Source of the DNA: the human T2T-CHM13v2.0 reference genome, Homo sapiens
DNA: 64,000 nt
Direction: 5' to 3' (one strand)
NCBI RefSeq assembly: GCF_009914755.1
Contig: NC_060929.1
Under the pieces are notes generated by a model that searched no databases, had not been told where the DNA came from, and saw nothing but the letters and a program-made list of their open reading frames with translations. The position numbers and the translations under genes were made by a program. Positions 43,700-58,200 of this stretch are shown piece by piece; within the stretch, counting starts at the first letter, position 1, and each line of letters begins with the position of its first letter.

Positions 43700-44641
43700 T
43701 TCAGAATTTTAAATTGTGGTTGGCATGTAATAGTTGTGCATATTTAGAGTACAAAAATACATTATGATACAGATACACATTGTGTATGATCAAGTCAGGA
43801 TGATTAGCATATCTATAAGCTTAAATATTCATGATTTCTTTGTGATGGAAATATTCAAAAATCTGTTTTCTAGCTATTCAGAAATATACAATATATTATT
43901 GTTATCTCTATCCATTCTATATGGAATAGAACATTAGCACTTATTTCTCCTAGTTATAACTTTGGACCCTTTGACCCATCTCATTACTCATTATTTGTTT
44001 GTTCAGTGTTTCTATTTGTTTATGAATCAATGTAGGCAACTTGTATGTGTCTGAAAATGTATCCACTTCTTCTAAGTTTTCCAATGTGTCGATGTATAGT
44101 TGTTCATATGTCTCTGATGATCTTTTGGATTTCTGTGGTGTCAGTTGTAATATCTCCTATTTTTGTCTGTTTCTATTTGTATTCTCTCTTTTTTTCTTAG
44201 TCTTAAAAGTAATATTGTTTATTCTTTCAAAACACCAAGTCTTTGTTTTACTGATTCCTTGCATTGGATTTTAGTCTCAATTTTATTTACTTCTGTTATG
44301 ATCTTTATTATTTCTTCTACTAGTTTTGGGTTGGTTTGTGTCATCTCTAATTTCTTTAAGCAGTAGTGTGTCATTCTCATTGAAGAGATCTTTATTAAAG
44401 AATTTCTAAAGAAAGAGGTTCTTATTTTTCTATTTGTTTGTGTCATCTCTAATTTCTTTGACTAGTAGTGTGTTGTTCTCCTTGAAGAGATTTTTTCACC
44501 TCCCTAGTTAGCTGTGTTCCTAGTATTTTATTCTTTTTGTGTAGCTTGTGAATGAGAGTTCATTTGTGATTTTCAGCTTCACTGTTGGTGTATAGGTATG
44601 GTAGCAATTTTTGCAAATTGATTTTGTATCCTGAGACTTTG
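43700..44641 (-). mobile_element. Rearranged L1MA/L1PB pieces (3' UTR joined to non-adjacent ORF2 fragments)
   Basis: L1MA 3' UTR 'gatcaagtcaggatgattagcatatc...ttctagctatt'; minus ORF 44219-44446 EEIIKIITEVNKIETK; 'gattttgtatcctgagacttt'. Confidence 0.8.
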
Positions 44642-45649
44642 TAACAGCCCAAACTTTACCTTGGCCCCTTTTAGTCATGGCTGGAGTGAATGGGACTCAG
44701 GGAACCAAGTCTCTAGATTTCACACAGCAGAAGGACCCTGGGCTCAGCCTATGAAACCATTTTTTCCTCCTAAACCTCCAGGTCTGTGATGAGATGGGCT
44801 TCTGCAAAGGTCTCTGACATGACATGGAGACATTTTTCCCATTGTCCTATGCCAGGCTTTTATGCTCTGTTTCCATTTTAAAACTGAATGCCTTTAACAG
44901 CACCTGAGTCTCCCTTTGAATGCTTTGTTGCTTAGAAATTTTTTTCAGCCAGGTACCCTAAATCATCTCTCTCAAGTTCAAAGTTCCACAAATCTCTAGG
45001 GCAGGGGCAAAATGCCACCAGTCTCTTTGCTAAAACATAGCAAGTGTCACCTTTACTACAGTTCCCAAGTTCCTCATCTCCTTCTGAGACTACCTCTGCC
45101 TGAATTTCATTGTCCATATCATTATCAGCATTTTGGTCAAAGCCATTCAAGAAGTCTCTAGGGAGTTCCAAACTTTATCACAATTTCCTGTCTTCTTCTG
45201 AGCCCTCCAAACTGTTCTAATCTCTGTCTGTTTCCAAATTCCCAAGTTGCTTCCATATTTTTGGGTATCTTTTCAGCAGTGCCCCACTATACTGGTACCA
45301 ATTTACTGTATTTGTTTGTTTTCATGCTGCTGATAAAGACATACCCAAGACTGGACAATTTACTAAAGAAAGAGGTTTAATGGACTTATGGTTCCACACA
45401 GCTGGGGAGGCCTTACGATCATGGTGGAAGGTAAAGGGCACGTCTCACATGGAGGCAAACAAGAGAATAGAACTTGTTCAGGGAATCTTCCCTTTTTAAA
45501 ACCATCAGATCTCTTGAGACTTATTTACTATCACAAGAATGGCACAGGAAATACCTGCCCCAGTGATTCAGTTACCTCCCACTGGGTCCCTGCCACAACA
45601 TGAGAGAATTCAAGATGAGATTTGGGTAGGGACATGACCAACCATATCA
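44642..45649 (-). mobile_element. THE1 MaLR 5' LTR (45307-45649) plus a truncated internal region (44642-45306)
   Basis: The LTR reads 'ttttcatgctgctgataaagacataccc...accatatca'. The internal ORF 44932-45171 (ELPRDFLNGFDQNADNDMDNE...CPCPRDLWNFELERDDLGYLAE) is the MaLR-int ORF. Confidence 0.93.
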
Positions 45650-45681
45650 ATTATCCATGTTCATCCCTTTGTAACTCTCTT

Positions 45682-45940
45682 TTTTTCTTCTAAACAAAAA
45701 CAAAAACAACAACAAAAAAACAGTATACATGAGCAGAACGTGAAGGCTTGTTACATAGGTATATGTATGCCATGGTGGTTTGGTGCACCTATCATCCTCA
45801 GCAAACTAACACAGGAACAGACAATTAAACACCGCATGTTCTCACTTAAAAGAGGCAGTTGAACATTGAGAACACATGGACACAGAGAGGGGACTAGCAC
45901 ATACCAGGGCCTGTTGAGGGGTGGAAGTGAGGGGAGGGAA
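45682..45940 (-). mobile_element. Very short twin-primed L1PA8A-like insertion
   Basis: The 3' end is on minus (45682-~45794) and an inverted 3' UTR piece is on plus (~45795-45940). TSD cctttgtaac(t/a)ctctt at 45666-45681 and 45941-45956. Confidence 0.88.
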
Positions 45941-46889
45941 CCTTTGTAACACTCTTACACAGCTAAATAATGGCCACCTATTAACTACATCACAGAATTT
46001 AATAGTTTGCTACTGACCACCCCTTCTCATGGTTTTTGACATTCGGGCCCAGTGTCTACAACCATTAATTACCATACTTATTTTGTGTTTTCTTCATGGA
46101 AAAATAAAAAAGAAAGAAACGATTTTACTGTATCCATGACTCCGTGAAAACTGAACAATGTAAAAAGATTGATCTTCTTCACAATTCTTGAAAACGTGAA
46201 TCTTACATCTGGCTTGATTCATTCATTTGTATTATATACTAACCTCTGTAGACGTTTGAGCATTTTTTCTCTGTTCTACAACATTCCCAAAGGTGATTAC
46301 ACAATAATTGTTTTATTACCTCCTGCGTTGGAAATCTTTCTTGTCAGGCAGCCATGCCATCAAGGAACAGCTGCGACTGTTAAAGTTATCTTACTCTTTT
46401 CATTTTAAATATTTTCTTATTATCTTAGAAACCTGATTTCTGTGACTTACATTGAAGAATGATCTGCTTGTTGCAGCAAAAAGGTTGAAGAGCATGTTCA
46501 TGATAACAAACACATGATCAAAATGATTTCTCTCTCAGTCTAATCATATGTGTGCACTAGAGTAATACATCATCATAGAATGTAAACTAAACTAAACCTT
46601 CAGAAAGATATCTAAATATCTCCCTGTCACCTCCATTCACATTCATGACGTGTACTTCCAATAGATTAGAAAAGCGTGGCCTTCACTTACAAAATAAAAA
46701 TATTTAGATCTACATAAACCATGAGTTTAAAAATGGTAGAAATATGCTTTATTAAGTGTCAATGGAACACATTAGAAAACATTATAAAGGCTAATAAAAT
46801 ACAATTAATTATATTTACATATAAAATTATGTTTAGGCATAAGTATCCTAAGGTTAAATATCTATCCTCATGTTTTACCTATTTTTAAT

Positions 46890-47740
46890 TAGTTTGGTTA
46901 GCATCTAATCATTGAATTAAGATTTTTTTTATATGTTCTGAATACAATTCTTCTATTGCTATATGATGTGTAAATACTTTCTCCCAATCTGTAGCTTATT
47001 TTTTAGTTTTAATAATGATGTCTTTTAAAGTGGAGAGAGTTTTTAGCTTTGATAAGGTAAATTGATATTTTTTTCTTTTAAAGATCATGTTTCGGTGGTT
47101 TATCTAAGAAATCTTTGCCTAACCCATAGTCATGAACATTTTCTCATATGTATTCTTTTAGAGATTTTATAGTTTTTGTTCTTATATTTAGATTTCTGAA
47201 TCATTTTGAGTTAATTTTATGTATGGAACAAATTGTCTAAATTATTTCTTTTGCACATGCATACCTAATTGTCCCAGCAACAGTTTGGAAATATTGTCCT
47301 TCCCCTATTTGTATTCACACCTGTGATTAATTAATATGACTATAAATGTAAAGGTTATCTTTGAATGCTCAATTTTGTTTGATTTATCTCTATACCTGTT
47401 CTTGCTCCAGAGCTACACTATTTTGATCACTGTGACTTTATAAGTTATTTTCAAGTCTATACAAATTTTAAGTTCAACTTGTCAACACCTACAATCATAT
47501 CTGTTGGAATTTTGACAAGGAATGTGTTGAATTTATAACCAATTTGTTGAGAATTGCTCTCTTGACAATATAGATACTTTCATCCCATGCATATGAAATA
47601 TAAGTTTTCTACTTATTTCGATTTTCTATAATTCCTCTCAGCAATGTTTCATAGTCTTCAAGGTGTACGTTTTGCACTTATTTTGTTAAATTACTATTTT
47701 GATGCTAGTATAAATACATTTGAAAATTTTATCTTCTCAC
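46890..47740 (-). mobile_element. Ancient L1M (MC/MD/ME) ORF2 fragment
   Basis: 'tatctaagaaatctttgcctaaccca', 'cattttgagttaatttt', 'aatttgttgagaattg' are typical antisense L1M sequences. Confidence 0.8.
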
Positions 47741-48979
47741 TTAAAAGATTGAAAATTGAAAAGCAACCAGAGAGGAAGAATACCAATGTGTTTACAACAT
47801 TCTGAGTTCAATATCTACGCCATATTTTTTAATTAAAATAGATCAATTTTTAATAGTTGATGTAAGCTAGAACAGTAAACCATTAATACGCATTTAAGTA
47901 TTCAGTATAGATATCCTTCTGTTCGATGTCATCAATGATTCATTATGCATTTCTTCTCCTCTGAGAGTTAAATAAGAATACCAAGTTACAAAATTGTAAA
48001 TAAGTATGAATTATCAATAGTTGCTCAGTAAGTAGAACACACAAAATGGAACACCACACTTGTTATTTAATAATACTATGTGATAACTTATTGTGCTAAT
48101 AGTAATGTGCTTTTTAATATCTTATATTTTCTAAAATTATATGAAAGATATAATACATAGAAAAGTAACATTTAGACAAATTTAACCTTTTGAATGTATT
48201 GTTTTATTTGTATACTTTTTTAAAACCTCAGTATAAGGTGAATCAATTTTGGTTTCATTTTTCTGATGTGAAAATATCCTATGTTATTTACTGGTTATAA
48301 TTCTAATCTCCTTTGTGTGCATTATTTATTTTGATTATTTACTTTATTATGATTGATTTGCAAAAATTAATATTTGTTTTAACAATGTGCATAATTATAT
48401 TTCATAAAAGTTTTATTGTTAAAATTACATATCTAAGAAAGTTGATTATCTAGTCTGAAAAAGCAGGAGTATGTCAAGTTGTTAAATTAAAATTTAAAAT
48501 GAGTAATATATTATTTTATATGGATAATTAGGCCCTTTGGGACATTTACTCAAAAGTAGGTCATAATTTTATTATACTGTACATTCTGATATATATATAT
48601 ACACACACACATATACACACATTTAAGCATAAATATAAAATAGTTCATATTCCTCTACTAATTATGCTTTTAAAAATTATTTACATTAAATTCTCATTAG
48701 AAATTATAAAACGACACTAGGATTTTTTGGCTCTTCTGTTCTTAGCCCATGTTTCTCAAGCCAAATATATTTAGAGTATATATGTTTTATTTTTATAACA
48801 AACTCTGAATGATCAATAACTATGAGCTAATAATTGTAATTAACATGAATATAAGTTGATTTTGACAAGCATTAATGTCCAATGTTATTCATATTATCCC
48901 TTAATGTCAGTTAAAGCAATTAACTAAAAGTTAAACTGTATTTATTTGCTTGCCATGGCATAAACGGAGAAGCAAAAAC

Positions 48980-51530
48980 ACCGCTTAGATCATCTCATTC
49001 AAGAAAGCCTCTGTCCACCTGAAAAGTGCATATTGGCTCAAAGTCTCCAGTGCTCAGAACTTTGAGAATCTTCCTATGCCTTCCAGCAGCATCCATGCAG
49101 GTATCAAGGAGGCCCCCAGCCAATGGCTGACCAAGATGATATTAAAAGGATTTGCCTATTTCCACTCCAAACAGGAGCTGCTTTAAGGAACAATATTTGC
49201 TCTGAAGACTGTCCATTGGACTGGCTCAGAATTTTTGGGGCCAGGGTCATGGTCTCATTGTTGGCGTTGCCCAATTCTACCTATTTTTCTTTCATTTTTT
49301 TCACAAGTGTTACTACCCAATATAATTTTGCAATTGTGTTTTTCCTCAGACTTTTTGGAGTATAATCGACAAATAAAAATTGTGTATACTCAGGGTCTAT
49401 AGTGTGATGAGGTGATATCTACATACATTGTAGTGATGTGTAATGATTACCACAATCAAATTGACCAACTCATCTGTCATCAAACATAGATATCTTGCCT
49501 GTGTGTGTGCATTTATGTGTGTATGGTGAGGATACTTAAGATCTTCACTGTTAGCAAATTTCAAGTAAAGAATGCAGTATTATTAACTAAGTAACCACGC
49601 ACTACATTAGATCTCCTGTACTTATTCATCTTATAACTCAAAGTTTGTAACCTTTGATCATCTCCCCATTTCTTCCAAACCCGAACTCCTGGTAACCATC
49701 AATCCACTCTCTGATTCTGTGATTTAGACTATTAAACTCCATATATTAGAGACATAATACAGTATTTGTCTTTCTGTGGCTGGCTTATTTCACTTAGCGT
49801 AATGTTCTTTACATTCATACAGGCAGGATTTTCTTTTTTTTTTTTTTAATGGGTGAAGAATGTTTCATTTCACACACACACACACAAACACACACACAAT
49901 GACATATCATATATATATAGTGTGTTTGCACATAAATATACACAATTTTATTTATATATTATATATATTTTTTATCCATTCATCTGTTGCGGACACACAG
50001 GTTTCTGTATCTTGACTATTGGGAATAATGCTACAATGAATATGGGGTGCAGATATCTCTTTGAGATACTAATTTTATTTCTTTTGGATATATACCTAGA
50101 AGTGGGATTCCCAAATCATATAGTAGCTCCATTTTTAGAACTACTAAATTCTCATGCTAGTTTAATCTTTTGAGGAACTTGCAAACTGTTTTCCATAATG
50201 GCTGTTCCAATTTACGTTCCCACCAACAATGTATGAAGCTTCTCTTTCCTCCACATCCTTGCCAACACTTGTGAGCTCTTCTTGTTTATTACAGCCATCC
50301 TAACAATTGTGAGGTAATATCTCGTAGTTTTGTTACATTTCTCTGATAATGAGTAATATTGAGTACCTTTTTGTATACCTGTTGGTCACATGTATGTCTT
50401 CTTAAAGAAAATGTCTCTTCAATTTCTTTGCCCATTTTTATTGGTTTGTTTCAGTTTTGTCATTGTTTGTTTTTCTCTTGAGTTGCATGAGTTCCTCATA
50501 TATTCTGAGTATTAACTCATAATCAGATTTATGGTTTCCAAATATTTTCCCCCATCCCACAGGCTATCATTTTATTTTGTTGGTTGTTTCTTTTGCTCTG
50601 CAGAAGATTTTTATCTGATATAGTTCCATTTTTCTACTTTTGCTTTTGTTGCCTATGCTTTTGATGTGATATCCAAAAAATCACTGTCAAGAACAAAATT
50701 AAGGAGCTTTTCTTTCCTACTTTTTATTTGGGGGTTTTATGATTTTAGATCTTATATTTAAGTCTTTAATCCATTTTGAGGTGATTTTTGTATATGCAGT
50801 TGGACAAATGTCCAATTTTATATTTTTGCCTATGGACATCAGTTTTTGCCAATATAATTTATTAAAGAGACTATCCTTTCCCCTAATATATTCTTGGTGT
50901 CATTGTCAAAGACTGGTTGACTCTATATGCATGAGTTTATTTCTGTATTCTCAATTATGTTCCACATGGTTCTATGTCTGTTTTTATGCTAGAACTGACT
51001 GTTTTGATTACTATAACTTTGAAATATCATTTGGCATTAGAAAGTGTGGTGCTTCTACCTTTGTTCCTATTTCTCAAGATTTATTTGGATGTTTGAGTTT
51101 TTTTTTTATTCCATGTGAATTTTAGAATTTTTTTTTTCTATTTCTGTAAAAAATCTTTTTGGAATTTAATAAAGATGCATTCAACCCATGAACATGAGAT
51201 TGTTCCATTTATTTGTGTCTTATTCAATTTTGAACCCTGGAGACTTCACCAAAATTATTAGAACTAACATAGAAATGCAGTAAAGTAGCAGGATATAATA
51301 TTAACTCAGAAATTTTTTTGGTTCTATACACTAACAAAAAAATCTGGAGAAGAAAGAAAAAAGTCAATTCTATATACAATAGCATAAAAATGGTAAAATA
51401 TTTAGTAATAAATATAACCAAGGTGGTGAAAGATCTATACACTGAAGACAGTGAGACACTGGTAAAATAAATTGATGATACATTGGCTATTCTAATTCCA
51501 TCTCAGTGCCTGCCTTCTGGAAAACCGAAC
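48980..51530 (+). mobile_element. LTR16-like ERVL LTR split by the L1MA (pieces ~48980-49340 and ~51490-51530)
   Basis: 'ccccagccaatggctgacc...attaaaagg' and the 3' end 'ttccatctcagtgcctgccttctggaaaaccgaac'. Confidence 0.45.
49350..51483 (-). mobile_element. L1MA8/9-like element with a 5' inversion (minus 49350-~51230, plus ~51232-51483)
   Basis: 3' UTR 'gacaaataaaaattgtgtata...taatgattaccacaatcaa'. ORF2 is antisense up to 'ttccatttatttgtgtctt', followed by sense 'aaccctggagacttcaccaaaattattagaactaa...gaaagatctatacactgaa'. Confidence 0.88.
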
Positions 51531-52318
51531 TTTCATTATTTGAATCAGAAGAAAATCAGAAGGAAAATAATGATAGAAGGTTTTCAGGAAGCAATTTCCA
51601 TCTGACGTTTCCTAGAACAGATGACAAAGGAGTGCAAACAGGGGAGATTATCAGGGGGCTAAACAACAAACAGGAAATATACCACCTTCAGTGCTCTTCT
51701 GGCTGGGGCATATGACACTTTGAGGCTTAAACTGACGCTTTGCCACTCAAGAACAATACAAACAATTGTAAATGAGAACCCAATGAGTAAGGATTTCAGA
51801 GATAGCATTAGCTTAAATTTCATTCGCAGCCACACGTAAAGACACAGAAAATAAATAATCTGAAATCTTAAGTAGGGTAGTAAAATCACCTTTATCTTTT
51901 TACTTTTTATACTTTAGACCTAAATTGATAGATGGTTTTGCCAGTTTTAATTATGTAACAATAATAATTTTTATTCATTTTAACATGCAACATAATTAAT
52001 CTTAAAATATCATATTCATCATTTACCATAGTCTAGAAGGCTTTCCTCAGTAAATAACACATCAGAACTTCAGGAGAAATCTTTTTTCAACCCACTTGCA
52101 TCTCCTTTGTAGTTCTGAGAAGCTCTGAAATGAAACACCCTCTACCCAAAAACAATAAGAATTATTTGTGGAAAAAAGATCTGTTGCTCATGTATAAAAC
52201 AACTGTCTAAAAATGGATGGGGGGAGCAAAACAGCCATTATTACATGATTATTCTAGGAAATACAAAAACCAAAAGAAACAAATATAGTTCATGTTGAGT
52301 TGTAGGAACTAAAAGTAA

Positions 52319-52367
52319 TAGTAGTACTGATAAGATAGCAGTACTGATAAGATAGCAGTACTGATAA
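52319..52367. repeat. 17-bp tandem repeat, ~3 copies
   Basis: (tagcagtactgataaga)x~3. Confidence 0.9.
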
Positions 52368-52999
52368 AAAAGAAATGAGATGCATTAAAAACATATGAAT
52401 AAATGTGGAATTAACTGAGTGGGCTTAATGTTCTCAATATGTGAAATAGTGCTATACACAATGTGGTTACCATAGAATTTCCTTGATATATTGTGGCAGC
52501 AATTTAATAAATGGCTAGTAGTAAGATATCCAGTAAAGTTAAAATAAAAACAGAATAACACAACAAAGGAGTAAGCCTGGAAATATTTTAAAATACGAGA
52601 TAAAGTCAGAAAAAGAGTCAAGTTTATCTTACTTCATAAAGTTATTTTTAAAGCTCACTACTAATATTTAACCATAGAGGATGCATTTTAGGCTATGCTT
52701 TATGTTAAGTACCTTTATATACATTATTTCAGTAGCCTTATAATTTAGTCACTATTTTTATTCCATTTTGTATATAAGTTCACGATGGCAAAAAGACATT
52801 AAATCAATTAACCTTTAGTCATATGGCTTCTAAACTAAATGCAAAATTCCAACCTACACAGTAATTCTCCAGGAATAGTATTTATAGACATTGGTATTTA
52901 AATGAATAAAACAGGTATATCTACAAGAAAATATAGTATTACTTAATCTACTATAAGCTGTCTCATATGTATTAATCTACATGTATTATATGATTTACA

Positions 53000-53244
53000 A
53001 AGGTAAATAAAAGGACAAGCCGGGCTGGGAGAAAATTGAGAATTTGGTAAATAACTTGTGTTGAAAATGTGAAAAAACTCTCAAATTTGTCAATGCAAAC
53101 ACACACACAAAAAAGCATTAAAAATGTGAGCCAAAGTTTGAGCAGATACTTCACCAAAGAAGAAAGATGAAAGCAAGTAAGTACATGAAAGGTACATAAA
53201 ATTCTTAGTGATTAGGGAGGTGTAACTTAAAACCACAAGTAATA
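53000..53244 (+). mobile_element. Old L1M ORF2 3' fragment
   Basis: 'ttgagcagatacttcaccaaagaaga...aagtacatgaaa...ttagtgattagggag...aaaaccacaa'. Confidence 0.7.
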
Positions 53245-53556
53245 CAGGCAAACCTTATTTTAATGCACTTTACTTTATCTTGCTTTGCAGATATTACATT
53301 TTTTCCAAATTGAAGATTTCTGACAACCCTGTATTGAGCAAGTCTATTTGCATCATTTTTACAATAGCATGTGCTCACTTTGTGTTTTCTGTGTCACATT
53401 TTGGTAATTTTAATAATATTTCAAATGTTTTCATTATTGCTATATTTGTTATGGTGATCTGTGATCAGTAGTCTTTGATGTTACTGTTGTAATTATTTTG
53501 TGGTCCCATAACTACAGCCATATAAGACACCAAACATAACCAACACAGAGCTATGA

Positions 53557-53878
<322 letters not shown>

Positions 53879-54590
53879 ATTAATCTTATTTTCATGCCTG
53901 CTAACACAACGTCCATTGTGAAGCCCATGAATCAAGGAGTAATTTTGTTTTAAATTCTTATTATTTAATAAATACATTTTCCAAGGCTATGGCTACCAGA
54001 GAATACTGATTCTTCTGAAGGATCTGGGCCATGTCCTTTGAAATATTTTGGGAAAGGGTTCAACATTCTTGATGTCAGTAAGGATATTTGTGACTCATTG
54101 GACAAGGTCAAATTATCAACACTAACAGTAGTTTTGAAGAAGTTGTTTCCAGTCCTCATGGATTCCTTTGAGGTATTCAAGACTTCCGTGTAGGAAGCAG
54201 CTGCAGGTGTGGTGAACATAAAAAGAGAATTAAAATTAGAAGAGGAGCCTGAAGATAGGACCGAACTGCTGTCATCTCATGATTAAATTTGAATAGATAA
54301 AGAGTTGCTTTTGATAGGTAAGCCAAGAAAGTGTTTTTGAGATGATGTTTGCTTCTGATGAAGATGCTGTGTCTCTCTGACCTTCAGCAACCACCACTCT
54401 GATCATTCAGCAGCTGTCACACTGAGGAAAGACTCTCCACCAACAAAAAGATTACAACTTGCTGAAGACTCAAATGATTGCTGTCATTTTCTAGTAGTAA
54501 AGTATTTTTAATTAAGGTATGTGCATTGGTTGTTTTAGACATAATATTATTGCACACTTAATAAAATACAATGCAATGTAAATGGCTTTT

Positions 54591-55164
54591 TTTGTTTTGT
54601 TTTTTGTTTTTTATTTTTTATTTTATTTTATTTCATTATACTTTAAGTTCTAGGGTACATGTGCACAACGTGCAGTTTTGTTATGTATGTATACATGTGC
54701 CATGTTGGTGTGCTGCACTCATTAACTTGTCATTAGCATTAGGTATATCTCCTAATGCTCTCCCTTCCCACATCCCCACCCCACCACAGGCCCCGGTGTG
54801 TGATGTTCCCCTTTCTGTGTCCAAGTGTTCTCATTGTTCAATTCCCACCTGTAAGTGAGAACATGCGGTGTTTGGTTTCTTGTCCTTGCGATAGTTTGCT
54901 CATAATGATTGTTTCCAGCTTCATCTACGTCCCTACAAAGGACATGAACTCATCCTTTTTTATGGCTGCATAGAATTCCATGGTGTATATGTGCCACATT
55001 TTTTTTAATCCAGTCTATCATTGATGGACATCTGGGTTGGTTCAAAGTCTTTGTTATTGCTCAAGGATCTAGAACTAGAAATACCATTTGACCCAGCCAT
55101 CCCATTACGGGGTATATACCCAAAGGATTATAAATCATGCTGCTATAAAGACACGTGCACACAT
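54591..55164 (-). mobile_element. L1PA 3' fragment with a twin-priming inversion (plus segment 55061-55164)
   Basis: Poly-T tail, 3' UTR antisense, then sense 'tcaaggatctagaactagaaataccatttgacccagc'. TSD atgtaaa(tg/ca)gctttt at 54576-54590 and 55165-55179. Confidence 0.94.
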
Positions 55165-55932
55165 ATGTAAACAGCTTTTTATGTGTACTGGGAAACCAAA
55201 AAAAAACTTGTGTGCCTTGCTGTATTGTCATTTTCATTTTATTGTGGTGGTTTGGAATCGAACCCTCAATATATACGAATAATGCCTGCAACTGTATTCT
55301 GACTTTATTTTTTTCACCTTTATATTCCTGTATAATATCCTTGATATTCCCATATAATGTCAGTAATAATAATAATTATGCATAATAAATCTGACATAAC
55401 TGTAATATTTGGGTTGTTTTTTTTCAAAACAGTATAATGTCACAACAATCACAGATACGGAAAACTCTGCCAAATTTTATTAATAAGGATTTTTTAAAAA
55501 GTAAATGAAAGTAACAAATAAGAAAAGTGGCTATCAGTCTACTCATTTTTATGGCAGAAAATGGTCTCAAACTGTTGACATTTCAATATCTCAGATTCCA
55601 AGTGATTCTGGAAGCTCCAAACCAAAACACTGCATTATTTACATTCATAGTTTGCTTGCTTTTGAGGAAAATGACATCTGTGCAATTTTTTCATTCCAAA
55701 ACACATTAATTTGTACATAGGCTGAATTTAGAGCTGGAAAATCTAATGCGGAATACTACTCCTATACTGTCAAGTCAAATGAAACATACTAAAATTAAAA
55801 ATATGAATTTTCTAGTAGACATAATCTACATGAATGAGGACAGATCAATGCTTTATACTATACATATATGTCAATTTTATACTCAAATTCCTTAAAATAT
55901 TATTTTAATTTTTAAATGATAGTTTAAAATGA

Positions 55933-56295
<363 letters not shown>

Positions 56296-56299
56296 TGAG

Positions 56300-57465
<1,166 letters not shown>

Positions 57466-58029
57466 TCATAGGTTATACCTCAGAGATATCACAAGTGAAA
57501 AATACAGGTGGTGCATGCTCCTTTGAAGAAAATAAAATATCCCTGAAGGGTCATATGTAATAGCTAATATTTTCATACGCTTATAAATGTTAATATTTTA
57601 AATGGTACCAATGAAAAACAAGTTATATATCTAAATGAAATATTTAAATTAGATATGCACTTTTAAATGAGTTTAGGGCATACTTTAATAATTGAAACAA
57701 ATATTTCAATTTGTTGGAAATTAAAAGTTCTTACATTATTTCTTTTTATAAATGGAGCACTGATCATTCTCTGCATATTTTGAATAAACTATTTTTAAGT
57801 CATTTTTTCTCCAGTGTTTTCCTCTCATTACCAAATTAAAGGAGAAATACAAAAAAAATTATCAAATATATGTATGGATAAAATTCACATTTAGATTTCT
57901 TTTCATAAAATATCATATAATTAAATATATTTATTTTGATAATAATGAGACAGTTTTGGCAAAGTGCTTCGACATGTAGATTTTTTTTGCATTAATTATT
58001 CTTTTCCTAATAAGACAAGTATTTTTAGA

Positions 58030-58200
58030 GAAGGAATATAGAATAGTGGTTAACTATGTTAACAGCTTAGCTCTGCTATGTCATAAACATGTGACTATAA
58101 ATGAATTATTTAACCACTCAGTCTTAGGTTTTTCATCTCTGAAATGGAGATAATAATTGTATATGTCTCATAATGTTTTATGAGACGTGGATATGTGGTA
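58030..58200 (+). mobile_element. MIR SINE
   Basis: 'atagtggttaa...tgtgactataaatgaattatttaaccactcagtcttaggtttttcatctctgaaatggagataataat'. Confidence 0.8.

Noticed and set aside
57469-57492. Short match to a Tigger terminal repeat (ggttatacctcagagatatc)
   Set aside because: Too short and degenerate to call.
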